From: Candidatus Levyibacteriota bacterium
GTDB lineage: Bacteria > Patescibacteriota > Microgenomatia > Levybacterales > UBA12049
Length of the DNA: 64,000 nt
Direction of reading: 5' to 3'
Assembly: GCA_963790825.1 (NCBI GenBank)
Contig: CAWBPM010000002.1
Coordinates: forward strand, 231,159-295,158
Every line of letters starts with the position of its first letter. The stretch's first letter is position 1. The notes under the pieces are model-generated. The model worked only from the letters and a program-made list of their open reading frames with translations. It ran no database searches and was not told the origin of the DNA. The position numbers and the translations under genes were made by a program. Positions 1 to 7,546 of the stretch are shown here, piece after piece.

Positions 1-53
1 TGGAGTACTACTTTTAATAATGTCACAATTTTCATATTTTTCCCTCTGCCCAA

Positions 54-80
54 CCAGTAGTGGGATCACCCCACTACTGG
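54..80 (-). terminator. Perfect 11-bp stem / 4-nt loop hairpin (ccagtagtggg-atca-cccactactgg) just downstream of the minus-strand gene ending at 99
   Basis: Inverted repeat read directly. It sits 19 nt 3' of the stop. Flanks are only weakly U-rich. Confidence 0.35.
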
Positions 81-98
81 ATTCTCCAAAATTTACTC

Positions 99-695
99 CT
101 ATGGAGTAGGTTCTACCTGTGTTCCTCCAAAGTTCGCTGTGAACGACACTTTTTCTCCTGGAATAAGAGAAGTAACATTTGCTGGCACTGATGCGTTCAT
201 CGCACAGTATGCATAGTCTCCTGGTTGCAAGGTTGGCAAGGTTTCACTTCCCCATGCTGATAATGCATAATCAGCATTGGTTACAGGAATAGTTCCAACA
301 GAACTTGGTAAAGTTGTACCATAATCATAGCAGTTAAAACCTACAGACAAGTTATTGTTTAGATCATTATCTGAAGGATCGTATGTAGGCGTCTTAAGCG
401 TGACTATAGTACTCAATGGTATATCAGCTCCACTATTGTTGAATAACCAAAACGTAATGTTTTTGTTAAATCCAGGAAAAACATTATTAATGATACCACT
501 AAAATCTTGCGTTGATAACCATCCGTCTACCGGAGTACCATTATTGTCCTGAGCAATCTCTAAACCTGCACTTTCGGCTGCAAAGGTAATTCCTGATCCT
601 GCTGCAGTTGCGGTCAACTGGGCGTAGGTAACTCCTGCAAATAAAGAAATGGTTGCTACTATTGAAATTCCACTCATTAAAATTTTTCTATTCAT
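99..695 (-). CDS. Secreted/cell-surface protein of unknown function with an N-terminal signal anchor
   Basis: N-terminus is M-NRK followed by a hydrophobic stretch then AQLTATAAGSG, which resembles TasA/camelysin-type SipW-cognate signal peptides. Ser/Thr/Asn-rich mature part. Strong GGGGGTG SD upstream. Confidence 0.5.
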   Translation of the reverse strand: MNRKILMSGISIVATISLFAGVTYAQLTATAAGSGITFAAESAGLEIAQDNNGTPVDGWLSTQDFSGIINNVFPGFNKNITFWLFNNSGADIPLSTIVTLKTPTYDPSDNDLNNNLSVGFNCYDYGTTLPSSVGTIPVTNADYALSAWGSETLPTLQPGDYAYCAMNASVPANVTSLIPGEKVSFTANFGGTQVEPTP

Positions 696-717
696 TATAT
701 TTTCACCCCCTTTCGCT

Positions 718-747
718 ACTCAAACCACTTTTTTCTCCAGTTTGAGT
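718..747 (-). promoter_or_regulatory. 8-bp stem hairpin (actcaaac...gtttgagt) in the 5' leader of the 99..695 gene, immediately upstream of its SD
   Basis: Inverted repeat read directly. Position is between the likely promoter and the RBS. Confidence 0.2.
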
Positions 748-1029
748 TCCAGAGTAACCGGAGCAGTCTTACTCGGTTAAACAAAAAAATCCAGTTAACA
801 CAACTGAATTCATTTCCTTTTAAATTTGATTGTAATATTTGGGCAGCACATAGAGAATTATCTCTCCATAGTGCCTCCGATAGCGGTCAGCCTGAATAGA
901 TAAAAGTAGTTTACACCTGGCTTAGATTCTCGTCAATTATGATCATAATAATCGAAATATATCAGAAGTAATAAAAAAAGTAAGGTAATTGTTATTGAAT
1001 AAATACTTATAGAACTTACACAGTAAATC

Positions 1030-1290
1030 GTGTATACTACTATTACTATGAATTATCTCTGGGACTACAACAAAAACGACTTGGAGAAAACAGAAGAAGG
1101 ACGAATACGTATTCTAGAGCGTAAAATTAATTACGGTCCGGATAAAGGGGAGAAAATAGCTTTGTCGGAAGTGAGAAAATACTGGGAGAAACTTCAATTA
1201 TTTCCACTACAGAGACGACTCTTCGAGTTGCTATTATGGGGACATTACATTTCCTCAGCAAAGAACAACAAAGCGTCTTTAACGAAATAG
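1030..1290 (+). CDS. Small partner protein (putative antitoxin/adaptor) overlapped with the downstream AbiEii-like gene; paralog of 2023..2226
   Basis: Shares an NYG-D-GEK...KYW-KL motif with ORF 2023..2226. Its 3' end overlaps the start of the next gene out of frame (ATG inside a TGG codon) in both copies. Real start may be the internal MNYLWDY. Confidence 0.4.
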   Translation: MYTTITMNYLWDYNKNDLEKTEEGRIRILERKINYGPDKGEKIALSEVRKYWEKLQLFPLQRRLFELLLWGHYISSAKNNKASLTK

Positions 1291-1892
1291 GCAAAAACAG
1301 CTATATCCGTAAGCAATTTTATTTAACGGGTGGAACTGCTTTAAGTGCTGTGTATTTACAGCATAGATACTCGGACGATTTGGATTTCTTTTCTGAGAGT
1401 AAATTCGATAACCAAATTATTTTTGCTTTTTTACAAGAGTTGAGTAAAAAACTCGCCTTTACCTTTCAACCCCGTTTTTTAGAAGTAACTTATATTTTTG
1501 ATCTCCTTTTTTCCAATAAATCTCCTCTAAAAATTGACTTTTCCTACTACCCATATAAAAGAATAGAAAAGAGTAAAGTAATTGAAGGACTGGAAATTGA
1601 TAGCTTAACTGATATTGCAATTAATAAGTTGTTTACTGTCCAGCAAAGAAATGATGTAAAGGATTTCGTAGATTTATACTACTTATTGCAGGATTTTGCT
1701 ATTTGGGATTTAATACACGGAGTGCAAAAGAAATTTAATATCAGCATAGAGCCATTACTTTTGGCTGCCGATTTTCTTAAAATCGATGATTTCACCTATC
1801 TTCCTCGTATGATTAAGCCGCTTACTTTAACTGAACTGAAAAATTTTTACCATCAGAAGGCACAAGATTTAGGAAAAGAATCTGTTAGGTGA
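1236..1892 (+). CDS. AbiEii/AbiGii-family nucleotidyltransferase (DUF1814, type IV TA toxin-like)
   Basis: The YLTGGTALSAVYLQHRYSDDLDFF motif matches the GGTAL...HR(F/Y)SxDLDF signature of the AbiEii NTase family. Confidence 0.65.
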   Translation: MGTLHFLSKEQQSVFNEIGKNSYIRKQFYLTGGTALSAVYLQHRYSDDLDFFSESKFDNQIIFAFLQELSKKLAFTFQPRFLEVTYIFDLLFSNKSPLKIDFSYYPYKRIEKSKVIEGLEIDSLTDIAINKLFTVQQRNDVKDFVDLYYLLQDFAIWDLIHGVQKKFNISIEPLLLAADFLKIDDFTYLPRMIKPLTLTELKNFYHQKAQDLGKESVR

Positions 1893-2022
1893 ACCACTTT
1901 TCATTCCATCTCATTCTTCGGATGAAACCCGACAAAAGATAAGAGATAGTTATTGGTTATTGGTGGTTTTGGACGCTCGGAACCTCACAAAGGACAGGTA
2001 AAATCTGGTATAATACAGATGT

Positions 2023-2226
2023 ATGTATAACTGGAATACGGATACCACCGAGCTTAAAAAGAACCCGGAAAAATACGCGATCTGGAAGATGGAGCAGATG
2101 ATTAACTACGGCTTGGATGGGGAAAAGCTGGACACAAAATTGGTAATAAAATATTGGGATAAACTAAGAATCGATCAGCAAAAACGTGACTTACTGGCAT
2201 TCCTAATATGGCAAAAACGATCTTAA
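2023..2226 (+). CDS. Small partner protein, second copy (paralog of 1030..1290)
   Basis: NYGLDGEKL...KYWDKL motif. The 3' end overlaps the next gene in the same configuration as the first copy. Confidence 0.4.
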   Translation: MYNWNTDTTELKKNPEKYAIWKMEQMINYGLDGEKLDTKLVIKYWDKLRIDQQKRDLLAFLIWQKRS

Positions 2227-2867
2227 CAAAGAAGCAGCAGCAACTTCTTCACGCGCTTTCTGAAGAAAACCTTATTAAGCAGCATTTTTATCTTTCCGGC
2301 GGCACAGCACTTGCGCAGTATTATCTGCAGCATAGATTATCAGAAGATTTGGATTTTTTCTCTCCGGAAGAAATTGATCCTAATTCCTTTCAGGTTATTA
2401 TGAAACGGATTAAGCAAAAAATTCAGTTTGAGAAAGTAACATATGAAAATTCATTTAACAGAAATCTTTTTTTTCTCCATTTTCCAGGTGAGGTTATAAA
2501 AACAGAATTTACCTATTATCCATTTGAACAAATAGAACAACCTAAAGAAATAGAAGGAATACATGTTGACAGCCTCATCGATATAGCAGTTAATAAAACT
2601 AATACAATTTTTACCAATCCTCGAACCCGTGATTTTATTGATTTATACCTCATTTTACAAAAAGAAAAGTGGATTTTTCCTGACATGATTAAAAAATCAA
2701 GGATAAAATTTGATATGTATGTTGACCCTCTACAAATAGCGCAACAACTTTTGTTTGTAACAAAAATACAAGATTATCCGCGTATGCTTATAGCTTTCGA
2801 TTTTAAGGCATGCGAAAAGTTTTGGCTGCAAGTTGCTAGAAGCCTCAAAAAAGATATTTTAAAATAA
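2208..2867 (+). CDS. AbiEii/AbiGii-family nucleotidyltransferase, second copy
   Basis: YLSGGTALAQYYLQHRLSEDLDFF motif. Roughly 40% identical to 1236..1892 over its length. Confidence 0.65.
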   Translation: MAKTILTKKQQQLLHALSEENLIKQHFYLSGGTALAQYYLQHRLSEDLDFFSPEEIDPNSFQVIMKRIKQKIQFEKVTYENSFNRNLFFLHFPGEVIKTEFTYYPFEQIEQPKEIEGIHVDSLIDIAVNKTNTIFTNPRTRDFIDLYLILQKEKWIFPDMIKKSRIKFDMYVDPLQIAQQLLFVTKIQDYPRMLIAFDFKACEKFWLQVARSLKKDILK

Positions 2868-2924
2868 AACGTATCTGTTTTTTTCGAAAAAGAAGGTTGA
2901 CAAAGCGCATTTATATACTATAGA

Positions 2925-3356
2925 ATGCGACCCACTATGTCTGAGGTAATTAAATGGGGGAGAGAATCTTTTACTATCAATAAAAATGCTGGCGGAGGCA
3001 GAGAGTTTGCTTGGGATGGCAGCCCCTTTAGATTACACAAATTACCTGCGTATGCAAGAGTATATCCGCAAGAATCAAAGCCTAATTGGCGTGGTCATGA
3101 GGGTAGGACCCTTTTTATTTATCAGGAACCTCCGGTCCATATAACTGGAGAACAAGGATATATGGCTCCAAAACCCTACGAAGCAAATAGTGAATATTTA
3201 CTAGGTGTAGGAGCCCAAATCTATCCAACTGGTGAATTTTATCCTCCGGAACTTCCGCAAATATTAACACACTTACAAAATGACTGGGGTTGGGATATTG
3301 ACCCACAACTGCGCACTCGTTTTGGTATTTCGGATCCGAAGCAGGAAGGAGAATAA
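2925..3356 (+). CDS. Hypothetical protein
   Basis: ORF only; no recognisable motif. TTGACA and a -10-like box lie immediately upstream, so the mRNA may be leaderless. Confidence 0.35.
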   Translation: MRPTMSEVIKWGRESFTINKNAGGGREFAWDGSPFRLHKLPAYARVYPQESKPNWRGHEGRTLFIYQEPPVHITGEQGYMAPKPYEANSEYLLGVGAQIYPTGEFYPPELPQILTHLQNDWGWDIDPQLRTRFGISDPKQEGE

Positions 3357-3359
3357 AAC

Positions 3360-3803
3360 TCAGGAGTTTACTTTTTTTATCGTCCACCAGGTGAAGTAAC
3401 CAAGTAGCGAAAGAACACCTGCAAGCAGTGTGCAAATAATTGCCAGAATGAGAAATCCAATCAGTGTATTTATTATGGAGGCAGACTTAGGAAAATGGGT
3501 TAAAGTAACTGCCATTAAACCCATAACATAAAAAAACCCGAATAAATTTCCACTGCGAAAACTAATTTCTTGTGTCTTCATAAACATTCCGAAAATGAGA
3601 CAAACAATGCTGCTTATTACCAGATCAACCCAAAACTCGCCTAATATAACCGTAAAGCTCAAAATACCCAGAACCAGGCCGAGAAGGATTGGGATGTATA
3701 TCTCTTTTCGTTGCATCAAAATAATAGTATATAAATTTGTTTTAATTTGCAAATTCTTTTCTTCCGTACTTTTAGTCGTAAAAGTACCAAAAGCTTTTTG
3801 CAA
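3360..3803 (-). CDS. Small integral membrane protein (about 4 TM), unknown function
   Basis: Four hydrophobic helices in the translation. Confidence 0.45.
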   Translation of the reverse strand: MQKAFGTFTTKSTEEKNLQIKTNLYTIILMQRKEIYIPILLGLVLGILSFTVILGEFWVDLVISSIVCLIFGMFMKTQEISFRSGNLFGFFYVMGLMAVTLTHFPKSASIINTLIGFLILAIICTLLAGVLSLLGYFTWWTIKKVNS

Positions 3804-3836
3804 GTGAAAGGTCGCTAAATTCTTAGTTCGCTAATC

Positions 3837-3891
3837 GGGGGAAATGCGCGCGCCCTCCAACATCCACCTGCGGTGGAGTTGGCGATCCCCC
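3837..3891. other. GC-rich nested hairpin element in an AT-rich divergent intergenic region (ggggga...ccaac-at-ccacc-tgc-ggtgg-a-gttgg...tccccc)
   Basis: Nested inverted repeats read directly. Strong local GC spike. No adjacent U-tract, so it is not a classic terminator. Confidence 0.3.
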
Positions 3892-4015
3892 TGATAACTG
3901 CACTAAGAATTTTTAACGCGCTGCTTTCAATTGCAATTAGGCGAAGAAAGGATAACGTGCTTTGTTTCAATGCTCACAGATGACGAAAATTAGAAAGGAT
4001 AAAATTACGCGCTGG

Positions 4016-4058
4016 GTTCAGTTGTAGGAATACTACAAAATGAGAGGAATTTTCTACT
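4016..4058. repeat. 43-nt direct repeat, copy 1 (gttcagttgtaggaatactacaaaatgagaggaattttctact); 40/43 identical to 5668..5710
   Basis: Direct comparison of the two copies. It is followed at 4059..4082 by a second motif (ggtacgctttgatggcatcctgac) that recurs at 10861..10888. Confidence 0.6.
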
Positions 4059-4126
4059 GGTACGCTTTGATGGCATCCTGACAAAAGGAAAGTGGTAGTA
4101 CCCAAGCCTAAAATATATGCTATACT

Positions 4127-4426
4127 TTGGTAGTTATGAAACAGTCTGTTCTTGAAGAAATAAAAACAAAAGCTCTTCCGATACTTAAACGTGCAGGTGT
4201 TAAAAAAGCGGCGCTTTTCGGCTCTTATGTTCGTGGAGAAGAAACAGAAAAAAGCGATGTGGATATCTTGGTAGATCTCCCATCTAACGCAACGCTTATA
4301 GACTTGGTTGGTATAAAACAAGATCTTGAGGAAAAATTACATAAAAAAGTTGATGTAGTTACCTATAATGGCATCTGTCACCTAATCAAAGATTCTGTTC
4401 TTAAAAGTCAATATCCTGTCTTATGA
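4127..4426 (+). CDS. MNT-type minimal nucleotidyltransferase (antitoxin of a HepT/MNT module)
   Basis: GSYVRGEETEKSDVDILVDL is the GS-x9-DxD Pol-beta NTase motif. About 100 aa. Stop overlaps the next start (ATGA). Confidence 0.8.
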   Translation: MVVMKQSVLEEIKTKALPILKRAGVKKAALFGSYVRGEETEKSDVDILVDLPSNATLIDLVGIKQDLEEKLHKKVDVVTYNGICHLIKDSVLKSQYPVL

Positions 4427-4770
4427 AAAAAGATCCAGAGGTTTATCTTACTCATATCTTAGATTCAATAAATCTACTCGAAAGATATTTACAAGGAGTT
4501 ACAGAAAGCCAATTTTATTCATCTGAAGAAAAACAAGATCTTGCCGTAAGAAGAATTGAAGTAATCGGTGAGGCAACAAAAAATATCCCTGATTTTTTTA
4601 AAGAAAATTACCCTGCTATTCCCTGGAAGAGAATGGCAGGCATGAGAGATGTTTTAATTCATCAATACGATGATATAGATATGAAAATAGTTTGGAAAAC
4701 CATAACACAATTTGTCCCTGAATTGAAAAAGCAAATTGGAACACTCTTAAAAAATTCATCCGGTACCTGA
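4423..4770 (+). CDS. HepT-like HEPN toxin (DUF86)
   Basis: R-x4-HxY motif (RDVLIHQY) near the C-terminus. 4-nt overlap with the MNT gene. Confidence 0.8.
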   Translation: MKKDPEVYLTHILDSINLLERYLQGVTESQFYSSEEKQDLAVRRIEVIGEATKNIPDFFKENYPAIPWKRMAGMRDVLIHQYDDIDMKIVWKTITQFVPELKKQIGTLLKNSSGT

Positions 4771-4888
4771 CAAGAAACAAAAGATAGTTATTCTTTTCTA
4801 TGTACTTTCTGCCGAGAAAGTAGCAAAGCTCTCTTGCCAGAACAGTAATTTGACAGCCAGGCTATAGTATGATACATTCCGAATCAAT

Positions 4889-5620
4889 ATGGCAATGCAA
4901 TATCTGGAAAACGAGTTACGCAGAACAGGCGACAGACGCGACTCGAAATTCGCAAATGCAATCGCGAAAATGCGCAGAGACAGACGCTCCGATATCCTAC
5001 TCCCGCTACCAGAACCAATTGTATACACTCCTCCAATTGAAGTACTACCGCTAGTTCCGGAAGATCCTATTGAAATAAAGTGCTTTTCCGATGAACAACG
5101 GGATGTTCTGGATGAAAATGGTTACATTATTTATGACTTATCAGGAGAATCAGTGAACACGCAAAAGCAGACAAGAAATGCTACTTACTTAACAAGAGAG
5201 GATATCGGACCCGTGACATCCATGTGCTCACAAGTTGCGATAAATCCCAAAGAGCTATTTTTACCGGATAGTAATAATAAAACTCTGCGCCAACAGGAAT
5301 TACTGGTTGAGAAGTTTTCACAGGGATTAGAAAAGAAGCTGCGAGGCATTAGTGTAAAAGCAATTATAGGAGAGGCTCCCGATTATGTTGAACTTGACTC
5401 TAAACATTATGACGCAACATACTATGGAGATGGACTGCACTTATTCGAAAGAGATGAATACATATCCAGATTTGCGCGCACAAAAACTCCAACCGGCAAC
5501 TCGAGCGTCGCTCAAGTTGGTTGGGTTAAAAGCTATAGAAGTGGCATAGAAGTTAAACATCTCCATGCAATGGTTGGTGATCCTTATGTATATGCTGCTC
5601 CTCTGATAGTACCGGAGTAA
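4889..5620 (+). CDS. Hypothetical protein, cytoplasmic, no recognisable domain
   Basis: ORF with good coding look. Lies inside the direct-repeat-bounded segment. Confidence 0.4.
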   Translation: MAMQYLENELRRTGDRRDSKFANAIAKMRRDRRSDILLPLPEPIVYTPPIEVLPLVPEDPIEIKCFSDEQRDVLDENGYIIYDLSGESVNTQKQTRNATYLTREDIGPVTSMCSQVAINPKELFLPDSNNKTLRQQELLVEKFSQGLEKKLRGISVKAIIGEAPDYVELDSKHYDATYYGDGLHLFERDEYISRFARTKTPTGNSSVAQVGWVKSYRSGIEVKHLHAMVGDPYVYAAPLIVPE

Positions 5621-5667
5621 ATTAGGTATTAGTTGATGGTTATTAGATAATGGAAGAAACGGGCGGT

Positions 5668-5710
5668 GTTCAATTGCAGGAATACGACAAAATGAGAGGA
5701 ATTTTCTACT
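5668..5710. repeat. 43-nt direct repeat, copy 2
   Basis: 40/43 identity to 4016..4058, same orientation. Confidence 0.6.
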
Positions 5711-5861
5711 TATAAGCCTCATTTACTTTTAATTTAAATCTCTCTTAACAGCAAAAAGCAGGATGTTCTCCATTAACCCCAAGCACCTAACCCTTGCAGC
5801 ATTATAGGATATGTTATATAATCATACTCTAGGATTACTGCCGTGAAAACAAATCTCAATT

Positions 5862-7151
5862 ATGATCGAAATACTCTATTTAATCTTCCTCATGCTAATG
5901 CTTGCACAAGGGATACTTAGTATCTATCTCTCACTATACATCTGGGAAGATCCAGAAAGACTGGATCGCATTGGTTCACCAAAAGAATTCGAGAAACCAC
6001 AAACTGGCTTCACTATCTTAGTTCCAGCCCGTCATGAGCAAAAAGTAATTGGTGAAACCATTAAGTCAATCTCAAATTCAAATTATCCACAGGAATTATT
6101 AGAATTACTCATTATTTGTGAAGAAAAAGACACAAAAACCATTATCGCAGCAGAACGTGCAATTGTTTTATCCGGTATTACGAATGCCAGGGTTATTACT
6201 TTTAATGACTTTCCTATTAATAAGCCACACAGTCTCAATAAAGGACTCTGGGCAGCAAGCAAAGAAGTTATTGTCATATTTGACGCGGAAGATGAAGTAA
6301 GTCCTGATATTTTTAACGTCGCCAATACAATATTTATTAGCCAAAACCCCGACATCGTCCAAGCAGGAGTGCAGCTCATGAACTATGATTCACACTGGTT
6401 TAGTCCGCACAATGTACTCGAATATTATCTTTGGTTCAAATCCCGCATGCATTTTAATACGCGGCTTGGTGTGGTTCCTCTCGGGGGAAATACAGTTTTT
6501 TTCAAAATTACACAGCTTTTAGAAATCGGCGGATGGGATGAAAATTGCTTAACGGAAGACGCGGAAATCGGCGTCAGACTTTCCAGTAGGGAAGCAAATA
6601 TCGTCTCAACTTATGATTCCAGACATGTGACTAAAGAGGAAACTCCCGGATCTCTAGGTCAATTTATTAAACAGCGAACCAGATGGAACCAAGGATTTAT
6701 CCAAGTTCTCAAACTTGGTTATTGGAAAGAATATGATTCCTTACTAAAAAAGCTTTTTTGTATATATACGTTATCTTTTCCTATTATTCAGGCGATTCTT
6801 ATTATTAGTATGCCTGTAGTTTTTTACTACGGACTAACCCAAAAGCTACCTATAGAACTGAGTCTCTTGAGCTTTATTCCATTATTTTTGATAGGCATAC
6901 AGTATGTTATCGGCGTCATTGCTCTTAGGGAATTTATCTTAGAACAAAAACTTAAACACAAAAAAATGATTTATCTTTCAATGTTATTAACACTTATTCC
7001 ATATCAACTGCTCCTCGGACTCGGAGCACTGCGGGCAGTCTACAGGGAAATATTCGGACTTAATAACTGGGAAAAAACAGTACATGAAGGAGTACATAGA
7101 AATATATTCCCGAAGTTTTCGCTGGATGTTAATCTGCTCGACCAATCATGA
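5862..7151 (+). CDS. Processive family-2 glycosyltransferase (cellulose/chitin/PNAG-synthase-like, QxxRW) with C-terminal TM helices
   Basis: ILVPARHE, FDAEDE (DxD), TED and QRTRW motifs, plus four or more C-terminal TM helices. Confidence 0.8.
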   Translation: MIEILYLIFLMLMLAQGILSIYLSLYIWEDPERLDRIGSPKEFEKPQTGFTILVPARHEQKVIGETIKSISNSNYPQELLELLIICEEKDTKTIIAAERAIVLSGITNARVITFNDFPINKPHSLNKGLWAASKEVIVIFDAEDEVSPDIFNVANTIFISQNPDIVQAGVQLMNYDSHWFSPHNVLEYYLWFKSRMHFNTRLGVVPLGGNTVFFKITQLLEIGGWDENCLTEDAEIGVRLSSREANIVSTYDSRHVTKEETPGSLGQFIKQRTRWNQGFIQVLKLGYWKEYDSLLKKLFCIYTLSFPIIQAILIISMPVVFYYGLTQKLPIELSLLSFIPLFLIGIQYVIGVIALREFILEQKLKHKKMIYLSMLLTLIPYQLLLGLGALRAVYREIFGLNNWEKTVHEGVHRNIFPKFSLDVNLLDQS

Positions 7152-7546
7152 GACAATTTATACATTACGCAAAAATAAAACTTAGGTCTCCGGAAGTGTG
7201 GTATGTCGCACTCCTTTTAGTGATTGCTGCGTTTGCACACGGATGGAATATGTTCCATTTTCCTTACTTTGAAAATGATGAGGCGACGTATGTTTCACAG
7301 GCCTGGTCTTTTATTCATACCGGTAAACTGGCACCGTATACGTATTATTATGACCATGCACCGCTCGGCTGGATGTTCTTGGGGCTATGGTTCCTACTAA
7401 CCGGAGGTTTAACTACATTCGGACATAATCCTCTAATTTCGGGAAGAATATTTATCTTTATTCTCCACATGTTCTCAGTCCTACTTCTCTATATCATTAC
7501 TAAACGCGTCACGAACAAAAACTGGCAGCGTCCCTGGCTGTTATAG
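7148..7546 (+). CDS. N-terminal fragment of a PMT/ArnT-like GT-C glycosyltransferase; same gene as 7504..9801 but interrupted by a frameshift
   Basis: DE-x-Y loop (ENDEATYV) and H-x-PLG motif typical of protein-O-mannosyltransferase-like GT-C enzymes. The reading frame continues in another frame from 7504. Confidence 0.6.
   Translation: MRQFIHYAKIKLRSPEVWYVALLLVIAAFAHGWNMFHFPYFENDEATYVSQAWSFIHTGKLAPYTYYYDHAPLGWMFLGLWFLLTGGLTTFGHNPLISGRIFIFILHMFSVLLLYIITKRVTNKNWQRPWLL

Noticed and set aside
1030-1892. Possibility that the small ORF plus AbiEii-like ORF is one gene with a frameshift
   Set aside because: The same two-ORF arrangement recurs in the diverged second copy with a different overlap length (55 nt versus 19 nt). 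Conserved coupling is more likely than two independent frameshifts.
3837-3891. GC-rich hairpin as a tRNA or Rho-independent terminator
   Set aside because: At 55 nt it is too short for a tRNA, it has no anticodon-arm geometry, and no U-tract follows on either strand.
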